Shown here in pieces: positions 9,715-18,081 of a stretch of 26,888 nucleotides of DNA. A program made the translations under genes and the position numbers. The DNA is from Rhodocyclaceae bacterium (GTDB lineage: Bacteria; Pseudomonadota; Gammaproteobacteria; Burkholderiales; Rhodocyclaceae). The notes below the pieces were generated by a model that made no database searches, had not been told where the DNA came from, and was given only the letters and a program-made list of their open reading frames with translations. The first letter of the stretch is position 1. Each line of letters starts with the position of its first letter. The DNA is taken from positions 1-26,888 of the forward strand of contig DASUGV010000407.1 in NCBI GenBank assembly GCA_036273835.1, in the 5' to 3' direction.

Positions 9715-10563
9715 ATGTCTCAAGCTCTAACGTTTCCTGTACCCGCATCGCTGGGTAGCATCGAACAGTATATGCAGGCAGCCAATCAGTTTCCAATGCT
9801 CACCGAAGAGCAGGAACAATCGCTTGCCCGCCGTTATCGCGACACGACTGACGTGGAAGCTGCGCGTCAGTTGGTGCTGTCGCATTTGCGGCTCGTGGTC
9901 TCCATTGCGCGCAACTATCTGGGTTATGGGTTGCCGCACGCTGACTTGATTCAAGAAGGCAATGTCGGTTTGATGAAAGCCGTCAAACGCTTTGACCCGG
10001 AACGCGGCGTGCGTCTGGTGTCTTTTGCCATGCACTGGATCAAAGCCGAAATCCACGAGTACATTCTTAAGAATTGGCGTGTGGTCAAGATTGCAACCAC
10101 CAAGGCACAACGCAAGTTGTTCTTCAATTTGCGTAGCATGCGCGGCAACGGCACGCTGTCGCCATCCGAAGTGAGTGACATTGCCAAAGTACTGCGCGTG
10201 AAGCCCGAAGAAGTCGTCGAGATGGAAACCCGTTTTTCCGGCGGTGATGTCGCACTGGACAACAGCACAGATGATGATGACGATCGTGTTGCGCCCATCA
10301 GCTACCTCGTCGATTCGGCTGCGGAACCTTCAGAGGTCCTCGAAACGCAGCAACTCGAACGCCTGCATGACGATGGTCTGAAGAATGCGTTGGCAGGCCT
10401 GGATGAACGCAGCCGCATGATCGTACAACGCCGCTGGCTGGTGGAAGACGATCCCGCCACACTGCATGAACTTGCGGCAGAGTATGGCGTATCGGCCGAA
10501 CGCATTCGCCAGATCGAAGCAAAGGCATTGCAAAAAATGCGAGGCGCATTAACGCTGGCCTGA
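9715..10563 (+). CDS. rpoH: RNA polymerase sigma-32 factor
   Basis: SHLRLVVSIARNYLGYGLPHADLIQEGNVGLMKAVKRFDP, RpoH box QRKLFFNLR, SAERIRQIE; start set at ATG 9715 behind GGAGG. Confidence 0.97.
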   Translation: MSQALTFPVPASLGSIEQYMQAANQFPMLTEEQEQSLARRYRDTTDVEAARQLVLSHLRLVVSIARNYLGYGLPHADLIQEGNVGLMKAVKRFDPERGVRLVSFAMHWIKAEIHEYILKNWRVVKIATTKAQRKLFFNLRSMRGNGTLSPSEVSDIAKVLRVKPEEVVEMETRFSGGDVALDNSTDDDDDRVAPISYLVDSAAEPSEVLETQQLERLHDDGLKNALAGLDERSRMIVQRRWLVEDDPATLHELAAEYGVSAERIRQIEAKALQKMRGALTLA

Positions 10564-10577
10564 TTGGCCCTCATTCT

Positions 10578-10605
10578 AAAAAGCCGACTTCGGGTCGGCT
10601 TTTTT
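10578..10605. terminator. Bidirectional intrinsic terminator between rpoH and sco
   Basis: AAAAAGCCGAC-TTCGG-GTCGGCTTTTTT: perfect stem with A-run on the left and T-run on the right, between convergent genes. Confidence 0.9.
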
Positions 10606-10628
10606 ATTGCTCGTGTAGCGCGCTCCAA

Positions 10629-11219
10629 TCACTTACCCGCCAACAGCAATTGGATATCCGGTATCAAGTGCTCAGGCGTTTCGCCATTGCGAACAAACAA
10701 TCGCACCTGGCCTTTCGGATCGAACAGATAAGTCCCCGCAGTGTGATCGATGGTGTAGTTACCTTTCGCCACATCGCCGCGCTTCTCGTAGAACACATTG
10801 AATTCCTTCGCGACTGCAGCGGTCTGTGCCGGCGTACCCCGCAAGCCTACAAATGTCGGATTGAACGCGGACATGTATTGCTTGAGCAGTTCTGAAGTAT
10901 CGCGCTCAGGATCGACTGTGACAAACACCACTTGCAACTTCTGACCATCCGAACCCAGTCGTTTAATGACATTGGCAAGCATCGCCAGCGTGGTGGGACA
11001 CACATCGGGGCATTGCGTATAGCCAAAGAACACCGCCACAACCTTGCCCGAGAAATCCGCCAGCGAACGTTGTTTGCCGAACTGGTCGGTCAGGCGCAAA
11101 GACTTGCCATACGCGGCGCCCGTAATGTCGGTGCTGTTGAAGTTTGCAGGTTTGTCGCACGCAGCCAGCAATATCACCGAGCCTACAAGAACGACATAAC
11201 GAAAAAAAATCCTGCGCAT
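10629..11219 (-). CDS. SCO (SenC/Sco1) family copper chaperone lipoprotein
   Basis: Lipobox LAAC, FFGYTQCPDVCP (CxxxC), TVDPERDT, IDHTAGTYLFDP (His ligand); start set at ATG 11219 (alternatives 11234, 11255). Confidence 0.92.
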   Translation of the reverse strand: MRRIFFRYVVLVGSVILLAACDKPANFNSTDITGAAYGKSLRLTDQFGKQRSLADFSGKVVAVFFGYTQCPDVCPTTLAMLANVIKRLGSDGQKLQVVFVTVDPERDTSELLKQYMSAFNPTFVGLRGTPAQTAAVAKEFNVFYEKRGDVAKGNYTIDHTAGTYLFDPKGQVRLFVRNGETPEHLIPDIQLLLAGK

Positions 11220-11451
11220 TGTGCCTGCCCTCATTGTGCCTACCCTTTCCATCACTGCTTCGATTCACTAAAAGTCACGTCGTATTGTCCCGTATTGTCG
11301 GAACGACAGCCAGCCCACCGTTGTACGTCACAAGATGGCACCGCATGGCGGCAAGTGCCTTCTGCCCGTCCGATGTTGAAACAAGCCGCTTCGCCGAGCC
11401 TTATCCTGTGGCGCTCATCGGCTTAGCTGCCAATAATCCAACTCACACGTC

Positions 11452-12996
11452 ATGTCGACCACTCCTACCAACGCGCTGCGTCTGATTGTCATTCTGGGCG
11501 ATCAGCTATGGATGGACAACCCAGCGCTGCTCGCCGCGGATGTAACGAGAGACGTGGTGGTGATGGTCGAGTGCACTGGCGAAGCGGCGCTTGTGCCCAG
11601 CCACAAGGCACGCATTGCGCTCTTCTTTTCTGCCATGCGTCACTTCGCGCAGACGCTGAAACGGACAGGCTGGAATCTTCAGTACTTTCGCATCGGGCAA
11701 CACGCGCATGCGCAGATTGCGGATGCGCTCACTGAAGTCGTTCGTGCACTGAAGCCGGTAAGCATCATGGTATGCGAGCCCGGCGAATGGCGGCTCGAAC
11801 AAGCACTCCATGAAGTCGCGCATGCAACCGAGACATCGCTCAAAATTTTTCCCGACACGAGTTTCTACCTGACGCGCAGCGACTTCGCCAATTGGGCTAA
11901 GCAGCAAACTAGTTTGCGCATGGAACGGTTCTATCGCTTCATACGCGCGCACACCGGCGTACTGATAAGTGAAGGACTGCCCCTCGGCGGACAATGGAGC
12001 TACGCGCACGAACGTCCCTCGGGCGAAATACCTGGTCGTGTGCCGCAACCGACGTTGCTGAGCTACGACGAGACCACGTGGCACACGCTGATCGACGTGC
12101 GTCGCCACTTCGCGGATCACCCTGGCGAACTGGAAGAATTTCCATGGGCGGTCACGCGCGAACAGGCATTAACAGTGCTAGAAGATTTCGTCGCCAATCG
12201 CTTGCCATCGTTCGACAAATATCGCGACGTCATGCGTGCCAACGAACCGTTTCTTTATCACTCGCAACTTGCGTCGGCCCTCAATCTGCGGCTACTCGAT
12301 CCCAGGGAGGTTGTGCGCGCCGTCGAACGTGCGCTCGAGAACGGCGATATTCCGCTTGCCACAGCCGAAAACTTCGTGCGGCAAATAGTCGGCTGGCGCG
12401 AATTCACGCGCGGCGTATATTGGCTTGAAATGCCTTCGCTAGCTTCCGCCAACCACTTCAAACATACGCTGCAATTACCACGCTGGTTCTGGACAGGCGA
12501 TACGGAAATGCGCTGCATGAAACAAGCCGTCACTCAAACCATCCAGCATGGTTATGCGTATCACATACAACGATTAATGGTCATCGGTAATTTCGCATTG
12601 ATGGCCAATATAGAACCGCAACAAGTATCCGACTGGTTTCTAGCCATGTATGTCGACGCAGTGGAATGGGCACAATTGCCTAATGTCATGGGCATGGCTT
12701 TGTACACCAATGGCGGTCGCTTTACCTCTAAACCTTACGTTGCGCCTGGTACCCAAATCAAAAGCATGAGCAACTATTGCGAGGGCTGCCGTTACAAACC
12801 CAGTATCAAAAGCGGCCCGGACGCATGTCCGTTCACGACCTTCTTCTGGCATTTCCTCGACAACAACCAGGCACTCTTGAATGCGAACACGCGCACTGCG
12901 GAAATGGTCAAAAATCTCGACCGCCTCAGCAAGGAAGAACGTGCGGCAATACGGCACGACGCAATCCGCAAACTCGGACGGCTCGACAAACTGTAG
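11452..12996 (+). CDS. FeS-type bacterial cryptochrome/photolyase (PhrB/CryB-like), divergent
   Basis: LIVILGDQL, SHKARIALFFSAMRHFA, EPGEWRL, RQIVGWREF, HIQRLM; four cluster Cys in MRCM, NYCEGC, ACPF. Confidence 0.9.
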   Translation: MSTTPTNALRLIVILGDQLWMDNPALLAADVTRDVVVMVECTGEAALVPSHKARIALFFSAMRHFAQTLKRTGWNLQYFRIGQHAHAQIADALTEVVRALKPVSIMVCEPGEWRLEQALHEVAHATETSLKIFPDTSFYLTRSDFANWAKQQTSLRMERFYRFIRAHTGVLISEGLPLGGQWSYAHERPSGEIPGRVPQPTLLSYDETTWHTLIDVRRHFADHPGELEEFPWAVTREQALTVLEDFVANRLPSFDKYRDVMRANEPFLYHSQLASALNLRLLDPREVVRAVERALENGDIPLATAENFVRQIVGWREFTRGVYWLEMPSLASANHFKHTLQLPRWFWTGDTEMRCMKQAVTQTIQHGYAYHIQRLMVIGNFALMANIEPQQVSDWFLAMYVDAVEWAQLPNVMGMALYTNGGRFTSKPYVAPGTQIKSMSNYCEGCRYKPSIKSGPDACPFTTFFWHFLDNNQALLNANTRTAEMVKNLDRLSKEERAAIRHDAIRKLGRLDKL

Positions 12997-13277
12997 CGAG
13001 AGGAAGAAGCCGTACGCAATCTCGCGTATACGGTGTGCCGGAAAATAAATTGAATACGACCTCTTCAAATCGATGCATTCCTCCATTAAAGTCGTCGTGC
13101 ATATTTCCAACGCCTACGACATTAGTCTGTTCAGATAGACATGCCTCGAAAGAACAACGCCAATACCGCTAGCATCGCTGCGTGGCAAATGAGGGGATTT
13201 GTCACGCACAGACAGGGACAAACAAGTTTCGTAGTAAAACGCAGTACCAACAGGGAGCCTATTCGGGCATAAAAATC

Positions 13278-14156
13278 ATGCATAAAAAATTACGGGGATT
13301 TTTCGTTTTCATACTACTTGTGCTGAGTGCCAGCGCATTTGCGCAAGAGCAGGCAGATCAACCAAAAATGACACGCGAGGAATTTCTCGCCTCGCTCAAA
13401 TTCCAGCAGGGCAAAATTGAATTGCCTGGCAATATCGCGGCGCTGGATATGACAAAATCATTTCGTTATCTCGGTCCGGACGATGCACAGCGCGTGCTGG
13501 TCGACGCATGGGGTAATCCGCCTGGCACGAAAACTCTGGGCATGATCTTTCCCGCCGACGTGAGCCCGCTCAGTGAAAATGGCTGGGGAGTGGTGATCAC
13601 CTATGATAAAGATGGCCACGTCAAGGACGATGATGCAAATAGCATCAAGTACGACGACCTGCTGAAAGACATGCAGGAATCCACGCAGGAGGCCAGCGCC
13701 GAACGCAAGAAGCAAGGCTACAGCGAGATAGCGCTGATCGGTTGGGCGGAGAGCCCACGCTACGACAAGAGCAGCCACAAATTTTACTGGGCCAAGGAAC
13801 TAGCCTTCGGTGGCCAGAATGAGCACTCGCTCAATTACAACATCCGCGTGCTCGGCCGCAACGGCGTGCTGGTGCTCAATGCGGTAGCGGGCATGAACCA
13901 GATCCAGCAGATCAAGACGGAAATGCGCGACGTGGTGGCCTTCACCGAATTCACGCCGGGCAACCGCTACGCCGATTTTGACAGCAAGACCGACAAAGTC
14001 GCCGCTTATGGACTCGCGGCGCTGGTCGCCGGAGGTGTTGCCGCCAAGATCGGCTTATTCGGCAAACTATTCGCACTGTTGCTGGCTTTCAAGAAAGCTA
14101 TCGTTCTCGGCCTCGCTGCATTCGGTTCGGCGATTTACAGATTCTTCGGCGGCTAG
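13278..14156 (+). CDS. DUF2167-family membrane-anchored exported protein
   Basis: Signal peptide MHKKLRG...SAFA; WGNPP, GWGVVITYDKDGHVKDDDA, IGWAESPRYD, LNYNIRVLGRNG, F..GNRYADF, C-terminal YGLAALVAGG..AK hydrophobic anchor; start moved from GTG 13182 to ATG 13278. Confidence 0.85.
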   Translation: MHKKLRGFFVFILLVLSASAFAQEQADQPKMTREEFLASLKFQQGKIELPGNIAALDMTKSFRYLGPDDAQRVLVDAWGNPPGTKTLGMIFPADVSPLSENGWGVVITYDKDGHVKDDDANSIKYDDLLKDMQESTQEASAERKKQGYSEIALIGWAESPRYDKSSHKFYWAKELAFGGQNEHSLNYNIRVLGRNGVLVLNAVAGMNQIQQIKTEMRDVVAFTEFTPGNRYADFDSKTDKVAAYGLAALVAGGVAAKIGLFGKLFALLLAFKKAIVLGLAAFGSAIYRFFGG

Positions 14157-14201
14157 AAAAAAGTCGATGCCGCACGGTAAGTTGACGAATAGGACGCCGT
14201 C

Positions 14202-14924
14202 ATGATCAAGTTGCTGACATGGCTGTTCGTCGCGGGCAAGCTGGGCAAGTTGCTCATGACCGGCGGCACGATGATCATTTCAATGATCGTGTACTCCTAC
14301 ATCTTCGGCTGGCGCTATGCGGTGGGTTTCGTGCTGCTGATATTCGTGCATGAGATGGGCCACTACCTTGCTGCGCGCCAGCGCGGCCTTCATGTCGGCG
14401 CGCCCACTTTCATTCCGTTCGTGGGCGCGTGGATTCAGCTCAAGGAATTGCCGCATGATGTCGAAACCGAAGCTTACGTCGGATTCGCCGGCCCCATCGC
14501 GGGCAGTCTGGGTGCCATCGCCTGTTATTGGTTGGCGCGCGAACACAATAGCCAACTACTCATGGCGTTGGCATATTCTGGCTTCATGATAAACCTGTTC
14601 AACCTGATTCCCATTTCGCCACTCGATGGCGGCCGCATTACCGCCATCATCTCGCCAAAAGTATGGTTGCTTGGCGTGCCTTTGCTGGCCGCGCTGTTCT
14701 TCTACAACCCAAGTCCAATGCTGATCCTCATCGCCGTCCTCGCTTATCCGCAGATCAAAGCGGCGCTGTCTAAAGATAGCGGCGCCTCAAATATGCCATC
14801 TGGCTACTATGAAGTGGCGATCAATTCGCGCGTCAACTATGGCGTTCTCTATCTGGGGCTGGTCGCGTTTCTCGCCATCATGACATACGAATTGCATGGA
14901 TCGCTGGGCAATCATCCTGGATGA
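14202..14924 (+). CDS. Site-2 protease (M50 intramembrane zinc metalloprotease)
   Basis: HEMGH in a TM segment, FIPFVGA, AGP, NLFNLIPISPLDGG; no PDZ or CBS domain. Confidence 0.93.
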   Translation: MIKLLTWLFVAGKLGKLLMTGGTMIISMIVYSYIFGWRYAVGFVLLIFVHEMGHYLAARQRGLHVGAPTFIPFVGAWIQLKELPHDVETEAYVGFAGPIAGSLGAIACYWLAREHNSQLLMALAYSGFMINLFNLIPISPLDGGRITAIISPKVWLLGVPLLAALFFYNPSPMLILIAVLAYPQIKAALSKDSGASNMPSGYYEVAINSRVNYGVLYLGLVAFLAIMTYELHGSLGNHPG

Positions 14925-14953
14925 TGCTAAAGAACTTGATCCGAATGCTTTCT

Positions 14954-16114
14954 TCAACGCGGCGGCCATTGCCAAGGCGGCGTATCTAATCGATGCTGAC
15001 CGGCGATGCGAGTCTCGCCGAATTCTTTTTCGAGTTGCAGCGTGTTGCAGTCCAGCTCTTGTTCCAGTGCGGCGATCAGGCGTGGTGCATGCGAAACGAC
15101 GATGACTTGCGAGTGTTGCGCGGCCTGTGCGATGAGCCGGGCGAGTGCAGGGAGCAAATCGGGGTGCAAGCTGGTTTCGGGTTCGTTGAGTACCAACAGT
15201 TCGGGTGGACGTGGACTGAGCAGCGCGGCGATCCACAGCAGGTAGCGCAGCGTACCGTCGGAGAGTTCGGCAGCCTTGAGCGGACGCAGGAGGCCGTGTT
15301 GTTCCATGGCGATTTCGAAGCGCCCATCGTTTTGCAGCACATCGACCCGCGCACCGGGGAATGCATCTTCGACAGCAGCATCCATGACATTGGGATCACC
15401 GATCTCGCGAATGGTTTGTATGGCGGCTGCAACGTCCGCGCCATCGTGCCCCAGCACAGGTGTGTGCGTGCCCACTTGCGGCAGGCGCGCGGGAGCGGAT
15501 GCGTCGGTGCGGAAGTGATCGTAGAAGCGCCACGAGCGAATCTGCTCGCGCAGCGCAAGCACTTCGGGCGCGTGTTGTGGATCGGCGCAACGCGCCATCA
15601 TGCTGTCGAAGCTTGGCACTGACTGCGAGACCACGCTCCACTCGCGACCGTCGCGCATCGAGACCACTGCACCGCGCCGATCGAACAGCAATGATGCCGG
15701 GCGAAATACGGTGCCATTCCAAATGCATTCGCGCTTGATGACGGGATCGAGCGAGAACACCGACCGACCTGGTATCGGCAAGCCCAACTCGATTGAATAG
15801 CAAAACTCGTCGCTCGAAAAACCTAGCTTGAGCGCCACTGGCGTCTTGCGTACTGTGCCTTGCACGGGTTGTTCGCCGCGCCGCATAGAGCGCGAAATAT
15901 TTTCCGGCCCGGCCCACAACGTCGACTGCAAACCACCTTCGCGCGCCAGCGATGCGATCAATCCGCCTTGCGCGGCTTCAGCGAGTAAGCGTAGGGAACG
16001 ATAGATGCTGGACTTGCCGCTACCATTGGCACCGACGATGAGGTTCAAGCGCTGCAGCGGCAAAACCAGATCGCGCAAAGATCGATAGCCCGCGACGGCA
16101 AGTGACGTCAGCAT
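14954..16114 (-). CDS. ABC/SMC-like ATPase (AAA_21/COG4637-like, RecF-type N-terminus)
   Basis: GYRSL N-terminal motif, Walker A GANGSGKSS, signature LSDGTLRYL, Walker B/D-loop LVLNEPETSLHP, H-loop VSH. Confidence 0.85.
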   Translation of the reverse strand: MLTSLAVAGYRSLRDLVLPLQRLNLIVGANGSGKSSIYRSLRLLAEAAQGGLIASLAREGGLQSTLWAGPENISRSMRRGEQPVQGTVRKTPVALKLGFSSDEFCYSIELGLPIPGRSVFSLDPVIKRECIWNGTVFRPASLLFDRRGAVVSMRDGREWSVVSQSVPSFDSMMARCADPQHAPEVLALREQIRSWRFYDHFRTDASAPARLPQVGTHTPVLGHDGADVAAAIQTIREIGDPNVMDAAVEDAFPGARVDVLQNDGRFEIAMEQHGLLRPLKAAELSDGTLRYLLWIAALLSPRPPELLVLNEPETSLHPDLLPALARLIAQAAQHSQVIVVSHAPRLIAALEQELDCNTLQLEKEFGETRIAGQHRLDTPPWQWPPR

Positions 16115-16124
16115 TGTGTCTGCC

Positions 16125-17342
16125 TCAGCGATACAACAAGAACGCTTCGCGCTCCGCTACCCAGCTCTGTTCGTCCGAAACGGCGAGTGCATCGAGATCA
16201 GCCGGTGTAGCGGAAGTATCGTCTACCCACTCGCGCAGGAGCGGACTGCCATTGATGAGATCGATGGCCAAGCGGTCGAATTCGTATTCGTAGGGGAAAT
16301 CGCGCCAGAGTGGATAGTCATAATGCATATTTCGCAATACCTTGAAGGCAAGCGCCTGTAGTCGCCAAGGACGAAAGGCGGCGTGGTCGTATGCAGCGTC
16401 TTCGAGATGGATCTGGATGCCGTTACATTGCTTGCCGGCATGCTTATGGAATGTCGGCTCGAACCAGCATTCGCGCAGACGGCAGCCTTGCATCCAATCG
16501 GGCGCGAGGCGCTGCATTTCCGAAAGCAGCACGTGTGCATCGATATCGGGGGCACCGAAGAGTTCGAGCGGGCGCGTCGTGCCGCGGCCTTCGGAAAGCG
16601 TGGTGCCTTCAAGCATGACGGTACCGGCGTAGGCGCGTGCCATGGAAAGGTTAGCAGCGTTGGGGCTTGGGTTCACCCAATTGCGCTCTCCCAGCGGCCA
16701 ACCAAAGCCAGGGCTGGCATCCGGCTGCCAACCCTGCATGGCAATGACGTTGTATTCCAATTGCATATTAAACTGAGTCATGAACCAGCGACTCAGCTCG
16801 CCCATGGTGAGACCATGACGCATCGGCATGGGTCCGGCGCCGACAAAGCTCTCCCAGCCCGCACGCAACGTGAGTCCTTCGACAGGACGGCCCGCGGGAT
16901 TGGGTCGATCGAGCACCCATACGGCCTTGCCATAGGCTGCGGCGGCTTCGAGGACATATCGAAGCGTGGTGATGAAGGTGTAGATACGGCAGCCGAGATC
17001 CTGTAGGTCGACGAGCAATACGTCGAATGACGACATCATCTCCTCCGTTGGCTTGCGCACAGTGCCGTAGAGGCTGAACACGGGAATGCCATGTCGCGGA
17101 TCGCGGTAGTCGGGAGAGTCCATCATGTTGTCCTGCTTGTCGCCGCGTAATCCGTGTTGCGGGCCGAAGGCCGCAGTAAGTTTGATTTCCGGCAGGATGG
17201 CCAGCGCATCGATGGCATGCGTGAGGTCGCGCGTGACGGAAGCCGGATGCGCGAGCAGCGCGACGCGGCGTCCAGCGAGGGGCGCGCGCAAGGCGGGTTC
17301 GGCAACGAGGCGATCGAGTCCAAATAAGACAGAGTGGTTCAT
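16125..17342 (-). CDS. DUF1343 / NamZ exo-beta-N-acetylmuramidase family protein
   Basis: FGPQHGLRG, VFSLYG, DLQDLGCRIYTFITTL, VLDRPNP, PMRHGLTMGEL, WVNPSPN, SEGRGTTRPLE. Confidence 0.9.
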   Translation of the reverse strand: MNHSVLFGLDRLVAEPALRAPLAGRRVALLAHPASVTRDLTHAIDALAILPEIKLTAAFGPQHGLRGDKQDNMMDSPDYRDPRHGIPVFSLYGTVRKPTEEMMSSFDVLLVDLQDLGCRIYTFITTLRYVLEAAAAYGKAVWVLDRPNPAGRPVEGLTLRAGWESFVGAGPMPMRHGLTMGELSRWFMTQFNMQLEYNVIAMQGWQPDASPGFGWPLGERNWVNPSPNAANLSMARAYAGTVMLEGTTLSEGRGTTRPLELFGAPDIDAHVLLSEMQRLAPDWMQGCRLRECWFEPTFHKHAGKQCNGIQIHLEDAAYDHAAFRPWRLQALAFKVLRNMHYDYPLWRDFPYEYEFDRLAIDLINGSPLLREWVDDTSATPADLDALAVSDEQSWVAEREAFLLYR

Positions 17343-17953
17343 GGCTGGTCAGATTCTGGATGCGAGACGGTATCGTAGGCTACTCGAACGATGAAAGCTG
17401 TGCGCTGATGAAAATCGGGACGCGTGCCCGGATGAGTCAAGGCCCAGTAGCTGAGCGTGCCATCGCTTGCTTCGATGACGGCGGTGAGTCCTACGTCGAG
17501 CGCTATTGGCGCACCAGCGGTGTCAGGTGACAACGTGGGCAGGAGCGCGGCCGGAATATGGACATCGAGCAAGACATCATCGGCGGTGCATGCGAACGTC
17601 ATTTTTGGGGCCTGCACAGGCCGCCACGCCATATCGCGCTGGCGATAATCCGTGAAAGCGTATGCAGCCCAATGCCCGCTCGGCGAGAAATTGTATTCGC
17701 GATAGGCCGATGATTCGCTCGTCGCGACGAAAGCTTCGAAACAGGTGTGCCGCCATAATTCGTCACGCTGATCGATGAGACTCGCACATGCGGCCTGACG
17801 ATGCTGCGGTATGCATAATGCATCGATCTTGCCTTGTAGCTGAAAGCGCAGTTGAAGTCCGCCGTCGGCGAGCACGCATGTGCCTGCATGCAGCGCATGA
17901 ACGGCCGCACAAGGAACAGCAGGATGGCAACGCAGATCGGAAATATCGAACAT
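17339..17953 (-). CDS. DOMON-like domain protein (DOMON_murB_like type)
   Basis: DELWRHTCFEAF, YREYNFSPSGHWAAYAF..YR, GLTAVIE, SYWALTHP..RPDFH; ATGA overlap with namZ. Confidence 0.8.
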   Translation of the reverse strand: MFDISDLRCHPAVPCAAVHALHAGTCVLADGGLQLRFQLQGKIDALCIPQHRQAACASLIDQRDELWRHTCFEAFVATSESSAYREYNFSPSGHWAAYAFTDYRQRDMAWRPVQAPKMTFACTADDVLLDVHIPAALLPTLSPDTAGAPIALDVGLTAVIEASDGTLSYWALTHPGTRPDFHQRTAFIVRVAYDTVSHPESDQP

Positions 17954-18081
17954 GGGCAGCAGCCCAACACCGTGAAGCCGCTACTGTACCGAATCGCATT
18001 CAGTATGCGTGAACTTGCGAGTTGTTTGTTGCCATCTTGTCGCCTCTCGCAAGCAGAAAAGCGAGTCGGATGTCCACGAAA

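Noticed and set aside
12997-13277. Intergenic region and 5' extension of DUF2167 (GTG 13182); bulged hairpin near 13010-13033
   Set aside because: The extension precedes a clear signal peptide and looks non-coding; the hairpin lacks a U-tail
18014-18053. CTTGCGAG-N24-CTCGCAAG inverted repeat after the DMT gene
   Set aside because: Long loop and no U-tract, so not callable as a terminator or operator
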